Source of the DNA: Alkalispirochaeta sp.
Lineage (GTDB): Bacteria; Spirochaetota; Spirochaetia; DSM-27196; Alkalispirochaetaceae
DNA length: 64,000 nucleotides
Assembly: GCA_965601925.1 (NCBI GenBank)
Contig: OZ271854.1
Location: 4,352,001-4,416,000, forward strand
Reading direction: 5' to 3'
Shown: in pieces, positions 9,231 through 19,691 of the stretch
Numbering within the stretch: position 1 is the stretch's first letter
How the letters are laid out: the number at the start of each line of letters is the position of its first letter
Position numbers and translations under genes: made by a program
The notes under the pieces: model-generated
What the model saw: the letters and a program-made list of their open reading frames with translations, nothing else
The model's database searches: none
What the model was told of the DNA's origin: nothing

Positions 9231-10025
9231 ATGCGACAGATCGGAATAATGGGATTGGGCTTCATGGGTTCGGCAATCGCCAGGGCGATACGGCGGCGCT
9301 ACCCCGATCTGCGTATCGGTGTGGTGGAGAAAGATGCGTCCCGACGAGCAGCGGCCGTTGCCGAGCTCGAGGCGGTCGACTACAACGCTTCTCCGGCCAA
9401 ACTCGTCTCCTCCTCCGAGGCGCTCGTGGTAGCGATCAAACCGCAGGACATCGCCTCGTTCTCAGAGACCGTCGGCGCCGTTCCCGCCGACCGGTTGCTC
9501 ATCTCGGTACTGGCCGGGACGTCAATTGATCGCGTCGGCGAGTTCACCGGCTCACAGCGCGTGGTCCGCATCATGCCCAATCTCGCCGCCGACGTCGGTC
9601 GTTCCGTGGTCGGTGTCACGTTCGCCGACGGTATCGGTGACGAGGAGCGGAAATCGGCCCTCGACCTCCTAGATGGACTCGGGACGCTGCTGGAAATTCC
9701 CGAGCGTCTGATGGCCGCGATCACGGGGCTCGCCGGGAGCGGAATCGCCTTCGCGTTCGACTTCATTCACGCCTTGGCGATGGGCGGCGTAGAACAGGGA
9801 CTCCCCTACTCTCAAGCGCTGACCGCGGCGTTGGAGGTGGTAGAGTCGGCGGCAATCCTCATTCGTCACAGCGGCACTCACCCCCAAGAGCTCGTCTCCC
9901 GTGTGTGCTCACCGGCCGGTACGACCGTGGCGGGTATACGCGCACTGGCCGCCGGCGGTCTTCAGGAAACGGTGATGGATGCCGTCGGAAAGGCCGCCGC
10001 GCGTTCCCGAAAGCTCGAAGGATAA
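9231..10025 (+). CDS. proC: Pyrroline-5-carboxylate reductase
   Basis: GLGFMG Rossmann motif, AIKPQ, RIMPN, GSG.A, VCSPAGTT. Confidence 0.94.
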   Translation: MRQIGIMGLGFMGSAIARAIRRRYPDLRIGVVEKDASRRAAAVAELEAVDYNASPAKLVSSSEALVVAIKPQDIASFSETVGAVPADRLLISVLAGTSIDRVGEFTGSQRVVRIMPNLAADVGRSVVGVTFADGIGDEERKSALDLLDGLGTLLEIPERLMAAITGLAGSGIAFAFDFIHALAMGGVEQGLPYSQALTAALEVVESAAILIRHSGTHPQELVSRVCSPAGTTVAGIRALAAGGLQETVMDAVGKAAARSRKLEG

Positions 10026-10109
10026 TCACCGGAGAGAGTGGCGGCGCGCTCGCCTCCCACCGCACATCCCCGCTTGTTGCGACAATCGAGCTCGGGTAAG
10101 ATTCGCACC

Positions 10110-11399
10110 ATGCTCGACTTGAAATATGTGCGTGAAAACCCCGACGTAATCCGCGAGAACGTCCGCCGCCGTAACGTTGCGGCCGATGTCGATCGCGTCA
10201 TCGATCTCTACGACCGACGTCTCGAGGCGATCAAATCGGTTGAGGCCCTCAGGGCGGCGCGTAACGAGAACGCACGCTCGATGAAACAAAAACTCTCCGA
10301 CGAGGAACGGTCGCGCTACGTGGAGGACGGTAAGCGTATCAAGAGCGACATCGCGGCGAAGGAGGAAGAGCTCCGTGCCGTCGAGACGGCGCTCAAAGAG
10401 GCGGCTGAGGCTCTGCCCAATCTGACCCATCCCGACACGCCGGTTGGGAACGACGAGACGGCCAATCGGGAGCTCGAGATCGTCGGCACCGTGCCGCAAT
10501 TCTCCTTTGCCCCGCGCGACCACCTTGACTTGGGACAGTCGCTCGATGTGGTCGACTTTCAACACGCGGCAACCGTGTCGGGGGCGAAGTTTTACTACCT
10601 GCGCAATCAGGGCGTCTATCTCGAGTTGGCTTTGGTCCGATTTGCGCTCGACATCCTTGCCGAGCGCGGGTTTACACCGATGATCACGCCGGACATCGCC
10701 CGAACGGACGTCGTCTCCAATATCGGATTCAACCCCAGAGGTCCGGAATCGAACATCTATAACATCGAGGGTGAAGAGACCAGTCTCGTCGGTACGGCGG
10801 AGATCACCCTCGGAGGATACTACGCCGGCCACACGTTGGACCGCGCGGAACTTCCGATCCGAATGGCCGGCCTGTCACATTGCTTTCGACGCGAGGCGGG
10901 TTCGGCGGGTCAGTTCTCGCGCGGTTTGTATCGAGTGCACCAGTTCACAAAGGTCGAGATGTTCATCGTCGCCCATCCCGATCAATCGGAGGCGCTCCAC
11001 GACGAGATGCTCACCATCGAAAAGGAAATCTTTTCTCGTCTGGAGATTCCGTTTCGTGTGCTCGATATCTGCACAGGCGACCTCGGCGGCCCGGCCTACA
11101 GAAAGTTCGATCTCGAGGCGTGGATGCCCGGTCGCGGCGAGGGCGGAGAGTGGGGAGAAATCACCAGCACTTCAAATTGCACCGACTTCCAGAGCCGCCG
11201 CTTGAACATACGGTACTCGGGAACTACCGACGAGGGCAAAAAAGAAAAGGGATACGCGCATCTGCTCAACGGGACGGCGGTCGCCGTCTCACGAGCGATC
11301 ATCGCGATCCTCGAAAACTTTCAACGGGAAGACGGCTCGGTCGTCATTCCGAGCGCACTTCAGCCCTATACCGGATTCGAGAGGATCCACCGGGAATGA
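10110..11399 (+). CDS. serS: Seryl-tRNA synthetase
   Basis: MLD start, N-terminal coiled coil, GTAE, CFRREAG..RGLYRVHQF.KVE, SNCTDFQSRR, NGT. Confidence 0.97.
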   Translation: MLDLKYVRENPDVIRENVRRRNVAADVDRVIDLYDRRLEAIKSVEALRAARNENARSMKQKLSDEERSRYVEDGKRIKSDIAAKEEELRAVETALKEAAEALPNLTHPDTPVGNDETANRELEIVGTVPQFSFAPRDHLDLGQSLDVVDFQHAATVSGAKFYYLRNQGVYLELALVRFALDILAERGFTPMITPDIARTDVVSNIGFNPRGPESNIYNIEGEETSLVGTAEITLGGYYAGHTLDRAELPIRMAGLSHCFRREAGSAGQFSRGLYRVHQFTKVEMFIVAHPDQSEALHDEMLTIEKEIFSRLEIPFRVLDICTGDLGGPAYRKFDLEAWMPGRGEGGEWGEITSTSNCTDFQSRRLNIRYSGTTDEGKKEKGYAHLLNGTAVAVSRAIIAILENFQREDGSVVIPSALQPYTGFERIHRE

Positions 11400-12523
11400 A
11401 CGTTATGTCGCCGCGCATCGTAGCGGAGATCGGCACCGCCCATGAGGGCGATCGTGAGCGCGCCCGTGCGCTCGTTGAGGCGGCGCGGGAGGCGGGAGCG
11501 GATACGGTGAAGTTTCAGCTCGTCCGTTCGGACGAGATTTTACACCCTCGATCCGGAACGGTTCACCTACCGGGGGGGCACGTCCCGCTCTACGACCGAT
11601 TTCGCGAACTTGAACGCAGCGAAGAGTTCTATACCGACCTTAAACGTATATGCCGCGAGGCCGACATTCGGTTTCTATGCACACCCTTCGGCATCGAGAG
11701 CGCACGGCTTTTGCGCCATATGGAGGTCGAAGAGATCAAGATCGCCTCCCCCGAGCTCAACCATATCCCGCTCCTGCGTGAGGTATCGACCTACCAAAAG
11801 CCGCTCATTTTATCCGTGGGAGTGGCGACCGTAAGCGACATCGACGAGGCGCTGTCGGTGGTACCGTCGAACGCGGTCACCTTGCTACAATGCGTCACCG
11901 CCTATCCGGCGCCCGAGGAGGAGTACAACCTTCGCGTCATCCCGTCGATGCGAGACCTCTTCGGCGTGCCCGTCGGGGTGTCGGACCACTCCCTCGATCC
12001 GGTCATCGTGCCGACGCTGGCCACACTCATGGGCGCCTCGATGATCGAAAAACACATCACATTGAGTCGCACCGACAACGGTCTTGACGATCCTATCGCC
12101 TTGGAGCCCGACGACTTTGCGACGATGGCCAGGGAAGTTCGCGACATTACGGAGCGACTCGCCGACGCCGGCGAAAAGGGCTCGATCGAGTATCATCGCG
12201 CACGGCTGACGATTGAGGAGCGCGCAAAGAGTCGACACGGCTCCGCTCGCGTAGAAAAGGTCTTGGGAACCGGTGTGAAGAGGCTTGCTCCCAGTGAGCA
12301 GCGTAACTACGGGTACACCAACCGCAGCATACACGCCCTCTCGAATCTCTCGGTAGGGCGTACGGTGACGAAGAAAAACACCGCAATCCTGCGCTCCGAG
12401 AAAAATCTTTCACCGGGCCTCCATCCTCGCTACTGGGACTCGATTCTCGGAGCCCGTCTCACGCGCGACATTGCGGCCGGCGACGGCGTTACCTGGGACC
12501 ATCTCCTTTCACGCGACCAATGA
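11396..12523 (+). CDS. N-acetylneuraminate synthase family protein (NeuB/SpsE-like) with C-terminal SAF domain
   Basis: AEIG, VKFQ, TPF, KIASPE, C..AYPAP, SDH and IEKH metal ligands, PGLHP SAF tail. ATGA overlap with the serS stop; the longer ORF from 10880 is an artefact. Confidence 0.9.
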   Translation: MNVMSPRIVAEIGTAHEGDRERARALVEAAREAGADTVKFQLVRSDEILHPRSGTVHLPGGHVPLYDRFRELERSEEFYTDLKRICREADIRFLCTPFGIESARLLRHMEVEEIKIASPELNHIPLLREVSTYQKPLILSVGVATVSDIDEALSVVPSNAVTLLQCVTAYPAPEEEYNLRVIPSMRDLFGVPVGVSDHSLDPVIVPTLATLMGASMIEKHITLSRTDNGLDDPIALEPDDFATMAREVRDITERLADAGEKGSIEYHRARLTIEERAKSRHGSARVEKVLGTGVKRLAPSEQRNYGYTNRSIHALSNLSVGRTVTKKNTAILRSEKNLSPGLHPRYWDSILGARLTRDIAAGDGVTWDHLLSRDQ

Positions 12524-12584
12524 AGGGACCCAATCCGTGGCGACGCAACGCACTCTGCGGATTGCGCAATACCGTTGACGAAAT

Positions 12585-12627
12585 AAAAAACCGGGAGCGC
12601 CAAAATCCCCAAAAAAGCGCTCCCGGT
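12585..12627 (-). terminator. Intrinsic terminator downstream of acnA with an unusually large 16-nt loop
   Basis: 11-bp stem ACCGGGAGCGC/GCGCTCCCGGT. The + strand A-run 12585-12590 gives a U-tail on the minus strand. Confidence 0.8.
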
Positions 12628-12704
12628 GACGGGAAAAGAGCGGCAACGTATCGTTACCTAACACGATAAAAAATAACTACATCATGGACGAGTCGTCGAC
12701 CACA

Positions 12705-15419
12705 TCAGGCGACAAATTTCCGTAGTACCGTATGGAGAATTCCTCCGTTGCGGTAGTACTGCACCTCTACCGGCGTGTCGATTCGACACAACGTCGTGAA
12801 GCTGAACGTCGAGCCGTCCTCCTTCACGACATCCACGCGTACCTCTTGGCGCGGTTGCACCCCGTCGTCGATATGCACGGTAAAGGACTCGAAACCGGTC
12901 AGCCCTAAGCCGGTCCGCGATTCGCCGTTCGTGAACTCGAGCGGAAGGATACCCATACCGACCAAATTGCTCCGGTGGATTCGCTCGAAGCTCTCTGCAA
13001 TTACGACCTTGATCCCGAGGAGTTGCACACCCTTCGCGGCCCAGTCGCGAGACGAACCCATTCCGTAGTCCTTACCGGCGAGCACGACGGTCGGAATACC
13101 CTCAGCCTTGTAGCGCTCCGCAGCGTCGAAGATGCTTACCACCTCACGCGTCGGGGTATAGGTCGTCACCGATCCCTCGGTGCCCGGGGCGAGGAGATTA
13201 CGAAATCGAATGTTCGCGAAGGTGCCGCGCGTCATGATACGATCGTTTCCGCGACGGCTACCGTAGGAGTTGAAGTCTTTGCGCTCTACGCCCCTGTCGA
13301 CGAGAAACTCGCCGGCGGGACTATCGGGTGCGATCGCTCCCGCGGGGCTTATGTGGTCGGTCGTAATGCTGTCCCCGGCGACGACGAGAACCCGCGCGTC
13401 CTTGATCGGCTGAATCGCACGTACATCGAGCCCCATGTCCGTGAAAAACGGCGGTTCCTGAATGTAATTCGAGTCGGCGTTCCAGTCGTACAACGCCGAG
13501 CCGTCGGAGGGAATAGCGTTCCACTCCGGGTTCGAGTCCTCCAACCCGGCATAACTCTCGATGAATGCGTCGCGGTCGAGGGCCTGCCGCACGAACTCAC
13601 CCAGCTCTTCGGTAGTCGGCCAAATCTCCTTGAGGTAGACCGGCTTGCCCCCTTTATCGACGCCGATGGGATCGTTCGCAAGATCGATATCGACGGTGCC
13701 GGCGATCGCATACGCCACGACCAACGGCGGAGACATGAGAAAATTGGCCTTTGTATGCGGATTGATGCGCCCCTCGAAGTTGCGGTTGCCGGATAATACA
13801 CCGGCGACGACCAAGTCGCCCTCCTCGATCCCCTTCGCTACGTTTTCCGGAACGGGCCCGCTGTTACCGATACAGGTCGTGCAGCCGTACCCGACCAGAT
13901 AGAACCCCATCTGCTCGAGATAGGTCATAAGCCCGGTGCGTTGCAGATACTCGGTAACGACCATCGACCCCGGTGCAAAGCTCGTCTTGATCCACGGCTG
14001 TCGGTGCAGTCCGCGCTCGACGGCGTTTTTTGCGAGCAGTCCTGCGCCCAGGAGCACGCTCGGGTTACTCGTGTTGGTACAACTGGTGATGGCGGCAATA
14101 ACCACGTCGCCGTGGGTGAGCTCCTTGGTACCACCGTCGTCCAGCGTGATGGTCGCGTGTCGTGCCTTCTCTTCATCGCTCAACGCATACCCGCGCTCCT
14201 CTACGGGAGCCGCCAGCCCGCGCTGCCACTCGTCCTTTACATCGTTGATCGTAATACGGTCCTGCGGACGCTTGGGACCGGCGATGCTCGCCTCGACACT
14301 TCCGAGATCCAACTCAAGGACGGCCTCAAACTCCGGGTCGGGCGTATCGTCGGTACGGAATACCTCTTGCTCGCGGGCGTACTGTTCGACCGTCTTGATC
14401 AACTCCTCGCTTCGACCGGTCGACCACATATAATCGAGGGTCTGTTGATCGATGGGAAAGTAGCCGACCGTGGCACCGTACTCGGGCGCCATATTCGAGA
14501 TTGTGGCGCGGTCTGGAACGGTCATATGGCTGAGGCCGGTACCGAAGAACTCCACGAACTTGCCGACCACGCCGTGTTCGCGCAGCATTTGCGTTATTCG
14601 CAAGACGAGGTCGGTGGCGGTGATGCCGGGCCTGAGTGCGCCGGTAAGCTTGACCCCGACGACGTCGGGCGCGAGAACGTAGATCGGTTGTCCAAGCATG
14701 GCGGCCTCGGCTTCGATACCGCCGACGCCCCATCCGACGACGCCCAGGCCGTTTATCATCGGCGTATGGCTGTCGGTACCGACCAAAGAATCGAAGTATG
14801 CGACGGTACGTCCGTCGACCTCGCGCACCTGTACACACTTTCCAAGGTATTCAAGGTTCACCTGGTGGCAGATACCGCTGGCCGGCGGTACCACGGAGAA
14901 GTTCTCGAACGCACCCTGTCCCCAACGTAAAAACTCATATCGCTCTCGATTCCGTTGGAACTCGATCTCGGCGTTACGCTTGAGCGCATCGGAGCTGTTA
15001 AAAAAGTCTACCTGTACCGAGTGATCGATGACGAGATCGACGGGTAACTGCGGATTGATCTTCGCCGGATCGCCTCCGAGGCGCGCCATGGCGCTGCGCA
15101 TCGCGGCGAGGTCGACGACACTGGGTACCCCGGTGAAATCCTGTAGCAGCACCCGCGCCGGCTTAAAAGGTAGTTCGACCTTCTTCGGTGAGGCGGGATT
15201 GTACCGACCGATCGACTCCACGTGGTTTCGGGTGACTTCGTATCCGTCTTCGTTTCTGAGAATCGATTCGAGGAGTACACGAATCGAGAAGGGGAATCGT
15301 CGTATCTGTTCGAACCCCTGTTCGGAAAATGCCCGCAGGCTGAAGTACTCCACCTCGCCGAGAGGCGTCGCCATGTGCTTCTTAACGCCGAAGCTGTTTT
15401 CTCGAGACACGTCGCTCAT
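12705..15419 (-). CDS. acnA: Aconitate hydratase A
   Basis: [80 protein letters not shown] before ATG 15419. Confidence 0.97.
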   Translation of the reverse strand: MSDVSRENSFGVKKHMATPLGEVEYFSLRAFSEQGFEQIRRFPFSIRVLLESILRNEDGYEVTRNHVESIGRYNPASPKKVELPFKPARVLLQDFTGVPSVVDLAAMRSAMARLGGDPAKINPQLPVDLVIDHSVQVDFFNSSDALKRNAEIEFQRNRERYEFLRWGQGAFENFSVVPPASGICHQVNLEYLGKCVQVREVDGRTVAYFDSLVGTDSHTPMINGLGVVGWGVGGIEAEAAMLGQPIYVLAPDVVGVKLTGALRPGITATDLVLRITQMLREHGVVGKFVEFFGTGLSHMTVPDRATISNMAPEYGATVGYFPIDQQTLDYMWSTGRSEELIKTVEQYAREQEVFRTDDTPDPEFEAVLELDLGSVEASIAGPKRPQDRITINDVKDEWQRGLAAPVEERGYALSDEEKARHATITLDDGGTKELTHGDVVIAAITSCTNTSNPSVLLGAGLLAKNAVERGLHRQPWIKTSFAPGSMVVTEYLQRTGLMTYLEQMGFYLVGYGCTTCIGNSGPVPENVAKGIEEGDLVVAGVLSGNRNFEGRINPHTKANFLMSPPLVVAYAIAGTVDIDLANDPIGVDKGGKPVYLKEIWPTTEELGEFVRQALDRDAFIESYAGLEDSNPEWNAIPSDGSALYDWNADSNYIQEPPFFTDMGLDVRAIQPIKDARVLVVAGDSITTDHISPAGAIAPDSPAGEFLVDRGVERKDFNSYGSRRGNDRIMTRGTFANIRFRNLLAPGTEGSVTTYTPTREVVSIFDAAERYKAEGIPTVVLAGKDYGMGSSRDWAAKGVQLLGIKVVIAESFERIHRSNLVGMGILPLEFTNGESRTGLGLTGFESFTVHIDDGVQPRQEVRVDVVKEDGSTFSFTTLCRIDTPVEVQYYRNGGILHTVLRKFVA

Positions 15420-15484
15420 CAATTGCACTCCTTTGGGGCTCAATATACCGTTCGCGAAAGGTGGTCGACTACCTTTTTCCTTAC

Positions 15485-15493
15485 TGGTATAGT
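15485..15493 (+). promoter_or_regulatory. Extended -10 promoter of the E1-lipoyl-KASIII fusion gene
   Basis: TGgTATAGT, followed by SD GGAGG 15501-15505 and ATG 15510. Confidence 0.55.
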
Positions 15494-15509
15494 CGCCAAC
15501 GGAGGTCAT

Positions 15510-18500
15510 ATGGAAACAGGCACGATCAAAAATACCGGCACACTCCGACAACTATACCGAACGATGGTTACCGCTCGACAGATGGACCAGATCGAGCAGA
15601 GTTACACGTCTCGCGGAGAGGCTTTTTTCCACGTTTCGGGCGCCGGTCACGAAGGATCGATAGCACTCTATCCTCACCTGAAGGACGGGGATTGGCTTCA
15701 CTGTCACTATCGCGACAAAGCGCTCATGTTGGCTCGCGGCATCTCGCCGGAGATGTTTTTCATGAGCCTGTTCAATAAAGACGCCTCCCACTCCCGCGGA
15801 CGCCAGATGAACGCCCATATGAGTGCACCTGAGTTGAACATTCTCAGCATCGTGGGACCGGTGGGCAACAGCGCGCTTCAGGCCGCCGGCGTCGCCGAGA
15901 TGGTCAAGGATTACGCCGATAATCCGATCGTGCTGTGCTCGATCGGCGAGGGCACGACGCAGGAGAGCGAGGTCATAGAGGCGATCGGACATGCGGTGCG
16001 CGAACAGCTGCCCGTCCTCTTTTTGGTTCAAGACAACTCGTTTGCCATCTCTACAAAGACGCGAGGACAAACCTTTTACTCACGGCCGTCGGGCGAGGCG
16101 GACTCGTTCTACGGCATTCCCATTACGAGGATCGACGGCCGCCACGTTACGGCGGCCATCGATGCCTTCGGTCCGGTCGTCGAGACGATACGCCGCGATC
16201 GCACCCCGCAGATCATCGTTTTTTCGGTAGAACGCTTGCACAACCATACCAACGCCGACGACCAGCGCGCCTATCGCAGCGCCGACGAGATCGAGGAGGT
16301 TGCCCGCACGAGCGATCCGATAGCCCTCCTTCGAGGCGAGTTGACCGAGGCCGGTATATCGGCCGACGAGTTGGACAAAGAAGCGGAGGAGATTCGCTCC
16401 GATCTTATAGAGAGTGCCCGAGCCGCCCAAATGAGCGCCGAACCCGAGCCCTTTCCCGACGCCAAAGCACCGCTACCCGCCCGGCTGACCTCACCCGAGA
16501 GCGAGTATACCGGCTCCGGCGAGGGTGAGCTTGTAATGCTGGAGGCGATCCGGGAGGTCCTTGACGCACGTTTGGCCGGGGACGAACGGGTGACGCTCTT
16601 CGGCGAGGATCTGGAGGATCCCAAGGGAGACGTCTTCGGCATCACCCGCGGTTTGACCCAGAAGTACGGTCGACGGGTGCGCAACAGCCCTTTGAGCGAG
16701 TCGTTGATTCTCGGCGTCTCCATCGGACGCGCCTTAGCCGGCGGACGTCCGGTCGCCTTTTTGCAATTTGCCGATTTCCTGCCTATCGCCTACAACCAGA
16801 TTTTTGCCGAATTGGGGAGCATGTTCTGGCGAACCGACGGGAAATGGAGCGTCCCGGTAATCGTCATGATCACCGCCGGGGGGTACCGTCCGGGCCTCGG
16901 ACCCTTCCACGCTTCCACGTTGGAGGCGCTGGTTGCCCACACACCGGGAGTCGACGTATTCATGCCCTCCAGCGCCGGTGACGCGGCGGGATTGTTGAAC
17001 GCCGCCTTTGAGTCCGAGCGCCCGACGATTTTCTTTTACCCCAAAAATCAACTCAACGACCGATCACGCGCTACCAGCCGCGATACGGCAAAACAGCTCG
17101 TACCCATCGGCCGCGCGCGCCACGTGACGCGCGGTGAAGACATCACCATCGTCGGCTACGGCAACACGATTCCTCTGGCCGCCCGGGCGGCCGCCGTACT
17201 GGAAACGCACGGCGTCGGCGTCGACCTCATCGATCTACGCAGCCTCGTGCCCTGGGATGTGGATACCGTGGTGGCCAGTGTCGAGCGGACCGGCCGTTTG
17301 ATCGTCGCCCACGAAGACAACCATACGGCAGGATTCGGTGCGGAGGTCGTCTCCACCATCGCCGAGAAGAGTCGTCGTCACATTGCGGCGACGCGCGTGA
17401 CGCGGCCGGATACGTATGTGCCGTGTAACTTCGGTAACCAGCTGGAGATTCTCCCGTCGTACAAACGCATTCTCGAATCGGCGGTCGAACTCCTCGGCGG
17501 TTCGATCACGTGGAAAAAGCAAAACGGCGCCGAAACCGGTGTGTTCGATGTAGAGGCGATCGGATCCAGCCCGTCGGACGAGTCGATCTCGATGGTGGAG
17601 TGGATGGTCAAGCCGGGCGATTCGGTGGACGAGGGAGATCTCTTAGCCGAAGTCGAAGCTGACAAAGCGGCCGCGGAGCTGAAATCGCCGGTAGGCGGTA
17701 CGATAGCGGAGCTCTTGATACAGGTCGGAGACTCGGTCCCGGTCGGCACGCCGATCGCGCGGATCGACACCGGTGATAGACCGGTGCACGTCAAACCGCT
17801 GACGCGCGAGGATCCGGGCGAGCCGATCATTACCGGACTTGCGGACTTCGGTGCGGCGGACGTCCACTCGACGGCGGCGCACCAAGGCGGCACCAGACGG
17901 AGCATCGCGCCGGCGGCCACCGACACGTGTTTGATCGCCGGCGTCGCCTCGCGACGCGGTTCACGGATCGTCGAGAACCGGGAAATCGCCGACATGTCTT
18001 CCGATTGGGATGGAGAGGAAATCAAAAAGCGGATCGGTATCGAACGCCGCCCGTGGGTCGCCGACGGAGAGGATACGTTGAGTCTCGCCGTCGATGCGTC
18101 GCGCTCGGTTCTCTCCCAAACCGGCGTATCGCCGCAGGAGATCGACATGGTCATCTTCTCGACCGGTACGCCGACCAGCATCACCCCCTCGATGGCGACC
18201 CTCCTACAGTTCGAGCTCTCGAAAGACGGACCCGAGGTCCGTGGTACCGCGTACGATGTAAACGCGGCGTGCTCGGGATACATATACGGTCTCCAGCAGG
18301 CGTGGGATTTCTTGAGTAACTCCCCGACCGCAAAGGTACTCCTCGTAACGAGTGAGGTATTGAGCCCGCGTCTCAACATGCAGGATTTCGGTACCGCACC
18401 GATCTTCGGGGATGCCGCGACGGCCACCATTCTGGGCGGTGCCGACTCGTCCGTCGCCTCGCGCTCCCTCGCGTCCGTCGACCGCCCGGTAACGTCGGCG

Positions 18501-18890
18501 AAGGGAGAATCCGGCGATTCCCTGCGAGTACCGCAGGATGAGAGCCTTCCCATCACAATGGACGGGCCGGCGGTATATCTGGAAGCGATCAAGGCGATGA
18601 TGGATACCCTCACGTCGAGCGCCGAGGCGGCCGAAGTGAGGCCCGACGGGTTGGACCTGTACATCCCCCATCAAGCCAACCAGCGCATTATTAACGCTAT
18701 ACGCCAGCGCATGAAGCTCGCGCCCGAAAAGATGTACAGCAACATCGCCGATAACGGCAACACCTCATCGAGTACCATTCCGTTGTGTCTCGACGAGCTC
18801 CTGCCGACGCGAAAGCCGGATCAGCTGTGGGGTCTCACGGCCTTCGGTGGCGGATTCACCTTCGGTGCGGCGATCGTGAGAACGCGCTAA
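15510..18890 (+). CDS. Four-domain fusion: 2-oxoacid dehydrogenase E1alpha + E1beta + lipoyl domain + 3-oxoacyl-ACP synthase III (FabH-like), 1126 aa
   Basis: E1alpha: GHE, HYRD, SRGRQM, ThDP motif GEG..N, HTNADD. E1beta: GED, PLSE, QFADF, GPFH, DLRSL. Lipoyl domain: EVEADKA (Lys 17664-17666). KAS III triad: AACSG (Cys 18270), PHQAN (His 18669), GNTSS (Asn 18759), and FGGGFT. One uninterrupted frame. Confidence 0.92.
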   Translation: METGTIKNTGTLRQLYRTMVTARQMDQIEQSYTSRGEAFFHVSGAGHEGSIALYPHLKDGDWLHCHYRDKALMLARGISPEMFFMSLFNKDASHSRGRQMNAHMSAPELNILSIVGPVGNSALQAAGVAEMVKDYADNPIVLCSIGEGTTQESEVIEAIGHAVREQLPVLFLVQDNSFAISTKTRGQTFYSRPSGEADSFYGIPITRIDGRHVTAAIDAFGPVVETIRRDRTPQIIVFSVERLHNHTNADDQRAYRSADEIEEVARTSDPIALLRGELTEAGISADELDKEAEEIRSDLIESARAAQMSAEPEPFPDAKAPLPARLTSPESEYTGSGEGELVMLEAIREVLDARLAGDERVTLFGEDLEDPKGDVFGITRGLTQKYGRRVRNSPLSESLILGVSIGRALAGGRPVAFLQFADFLPIAYNQIFAELGSMFWRTDGKWSVPVIVMITAGGYRPGLGPFHASTLEALVAHTPGVDVFMPSSAGDAAGLLNAAFESERPTIFFYPKNQLNDRSRATSRDTAKQLVPIGRARHVTRGEDITIVGYGNTIPLAARAAAVLETHGVGVDLIDLRSLVPWDVDTVVASVERTGRLIVAHEDNHTAGFGAEVVSTIAEKSRRHIAATRVTRPDTYVPCNFGNQLEILPSYKRILESAVELLGGSITWKKQNGAETGVFDVEAIGSSPSDESISMVEWMVKPGDSVDEGDLLAEVEADKAAAELKSPVGGTIAELLIQVGDSVPVGTPIARIDTGDRPVHVKPLTREDPGEPIITGLADFGAADVHSTAAHQGGTRRSIAPAATDTCLIAGVASRRGSRIVENREIADMSSDWDGEEIKKRIGIERRPWVADGEDTLSLAVDASRSVLSQTGVSPQEIDMVIFSTGTPTSITPSMATLLQFELSKDGPEVRGTAYDVNAACSGYIYGLQQAWDFLSNSPTAKVLLVTSEVLSPRLNMQDFGTAPIFGDAATATILGGADSSVASRSLASVDRPVTSAKGESGDSLRVPQDESLPITMDGPAVYLEAIKAMMDTLTSSAEAAEVRPDGLDLYIPHQANQRIINAIRQRMKLAPEKMYSNIADNGNTSSSTIPLCLDELLPTRKPDQLWGLTAFGGGFTFGAAIVRTR

Positions 18891-18912
18891 GAGGGGATCG
18901 GCGAATAGGGAC

Positions 18913-18953
18913 AAAAAAAGCCCCGGGGCAAAGGAGGTGAAAATCCCCGGAGC
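18913..18953 (-). terminator. Intrinsic terminator downstream of msrB; 16-nt loop contains an anti-SD sequence
   Basis: On the minus strand: GCTCCGGGG - ATTTTCACCTCCTTTG - CCCCGGGGC - T7. The stem is fully paired (one G-U) only on the minus strand. Confidence 0.8.
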
Positions 18954-19031
18954 ATGTTGTGATATTCCGTCTCGCTGTCACTATTGAGAACAACGACCGG
19001 GACGATCGGTTACACTACTCTCCGTGTTTTG

Positions 19032-19691
19032 TTACACGCCCGCGGTGAGCGTTTCGGTAATCAACGCCGGTGGCGTCTCTCCATCGGGGACGAAGACGAG
19101 CGCCGCGGAGTTGATGCAGTATCGCAGTCGCGTCGGGCCGGGCCCGTCGGGAAAGACGTGACCCAAGTGAGATCCGCTCATACTGTCTATGACCTCGATT
19201 CGTACCATGCCGTAGCTGGTATCCACTCGATACCGGACCGCGTCTGGCCGGATCGGCTCAGTGAAACTCGGCCACCCGGTGCGGCTGTCGTACTTCGTCT
19301 CGGATCGAAAAAGCGGTTCACCGGTAGCCGCCGAGTAATAGGTGCCGGTTCGAGCGTTATCCAGGAGCTCTCCGGTGAACGGACGCTCGGTACCGTGTTG
19401 TCGCAGCACGAAAAACTGAAAATCGGTGAGTCGCGCCCTCCACTCCTCCTCCGACAACTCAACGGGAAACGCATCGGGAGCCGGATACGACGTAACCAAG
19501 TCGCGCTCGTACGATGTAAGACGCGCCAGGAAACGCTCATCGACAGCGGCGGTCGAGTGTGCGCCCGGATCAGCGCTCGTATCGACCATAAGTCCGCTTT
19601 CCTCTTGAGCTCCTCCGGCAAACACGGCGGAAACACCCACGACCACTAGCACGATAAGACTCAGGGGAATCGATCGCGTACTGAATGACAT
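19032..19691 (-). CDS. msrB: Peptide-methionine (R)-S-oxide reductase with N-terminal signal peptide
   Basis: [31 protein letters not shown]. Hydrophobic leader ending [17 protein letters not shown]. Confidence 0.95.
   Translation of the reverse strand: MSFSTRSIPLSLIVLVVVGVSAVFAGGAQEESGLMVDTSADPGAHSTAAVDERFLARLTSYERDLVTSYPAPDAFPVELSEEEWRARLTDFQFFVLRQHGTERPFTGELLDNARTGTYYSAATGEPLFRSETKYDSRTGWPSFTEPIRPDAVRYRVDTSYGMVRIEVIDSMSGSHLGHVFPDGPGPTRLRYCINSAALVFVPDGETPPALITETLTAGV

Noticed and set aside
10880..11395. N-terminal extension making a 547-aa ORF
   Set aside because: It is an alternative frame of serS with Arg-rich nonsense composition. NeuB similarity starts at ATG 11396.
15222..15551. Apparent head-to-head overlap of acnA and the fusion ORF
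   Set aside because: Both have SD-supported downstream starts (15419 minus, 15510 plus), leaving a normal 90-bp divergent spacer.
17378..18664. 428-aa antisense ORF, and similar long ones such as 31390-32550 and 13941-14930
   Set aside because: These are shadow ORFs opposite well-supported genes in GC-rich DNA and contain no recognisable motifs.
18930..18962. Perfect SD AAAGGAGGTGA suggesting a small plus-strand peptide or type I toxin
   Set aside because: The next ATG (18954) is 13 nt away and is followed by TTG-TGA. No hydrophobic small ORF follows.
18990..19036. TGTAAC pair downstream of msrB as the same ECF promoter seen upstream of the sigma-like gene
   Set aside because: One copy of each pair is explained by a TAA stop codon, and the putative -10 elements do not align at a common spacing.
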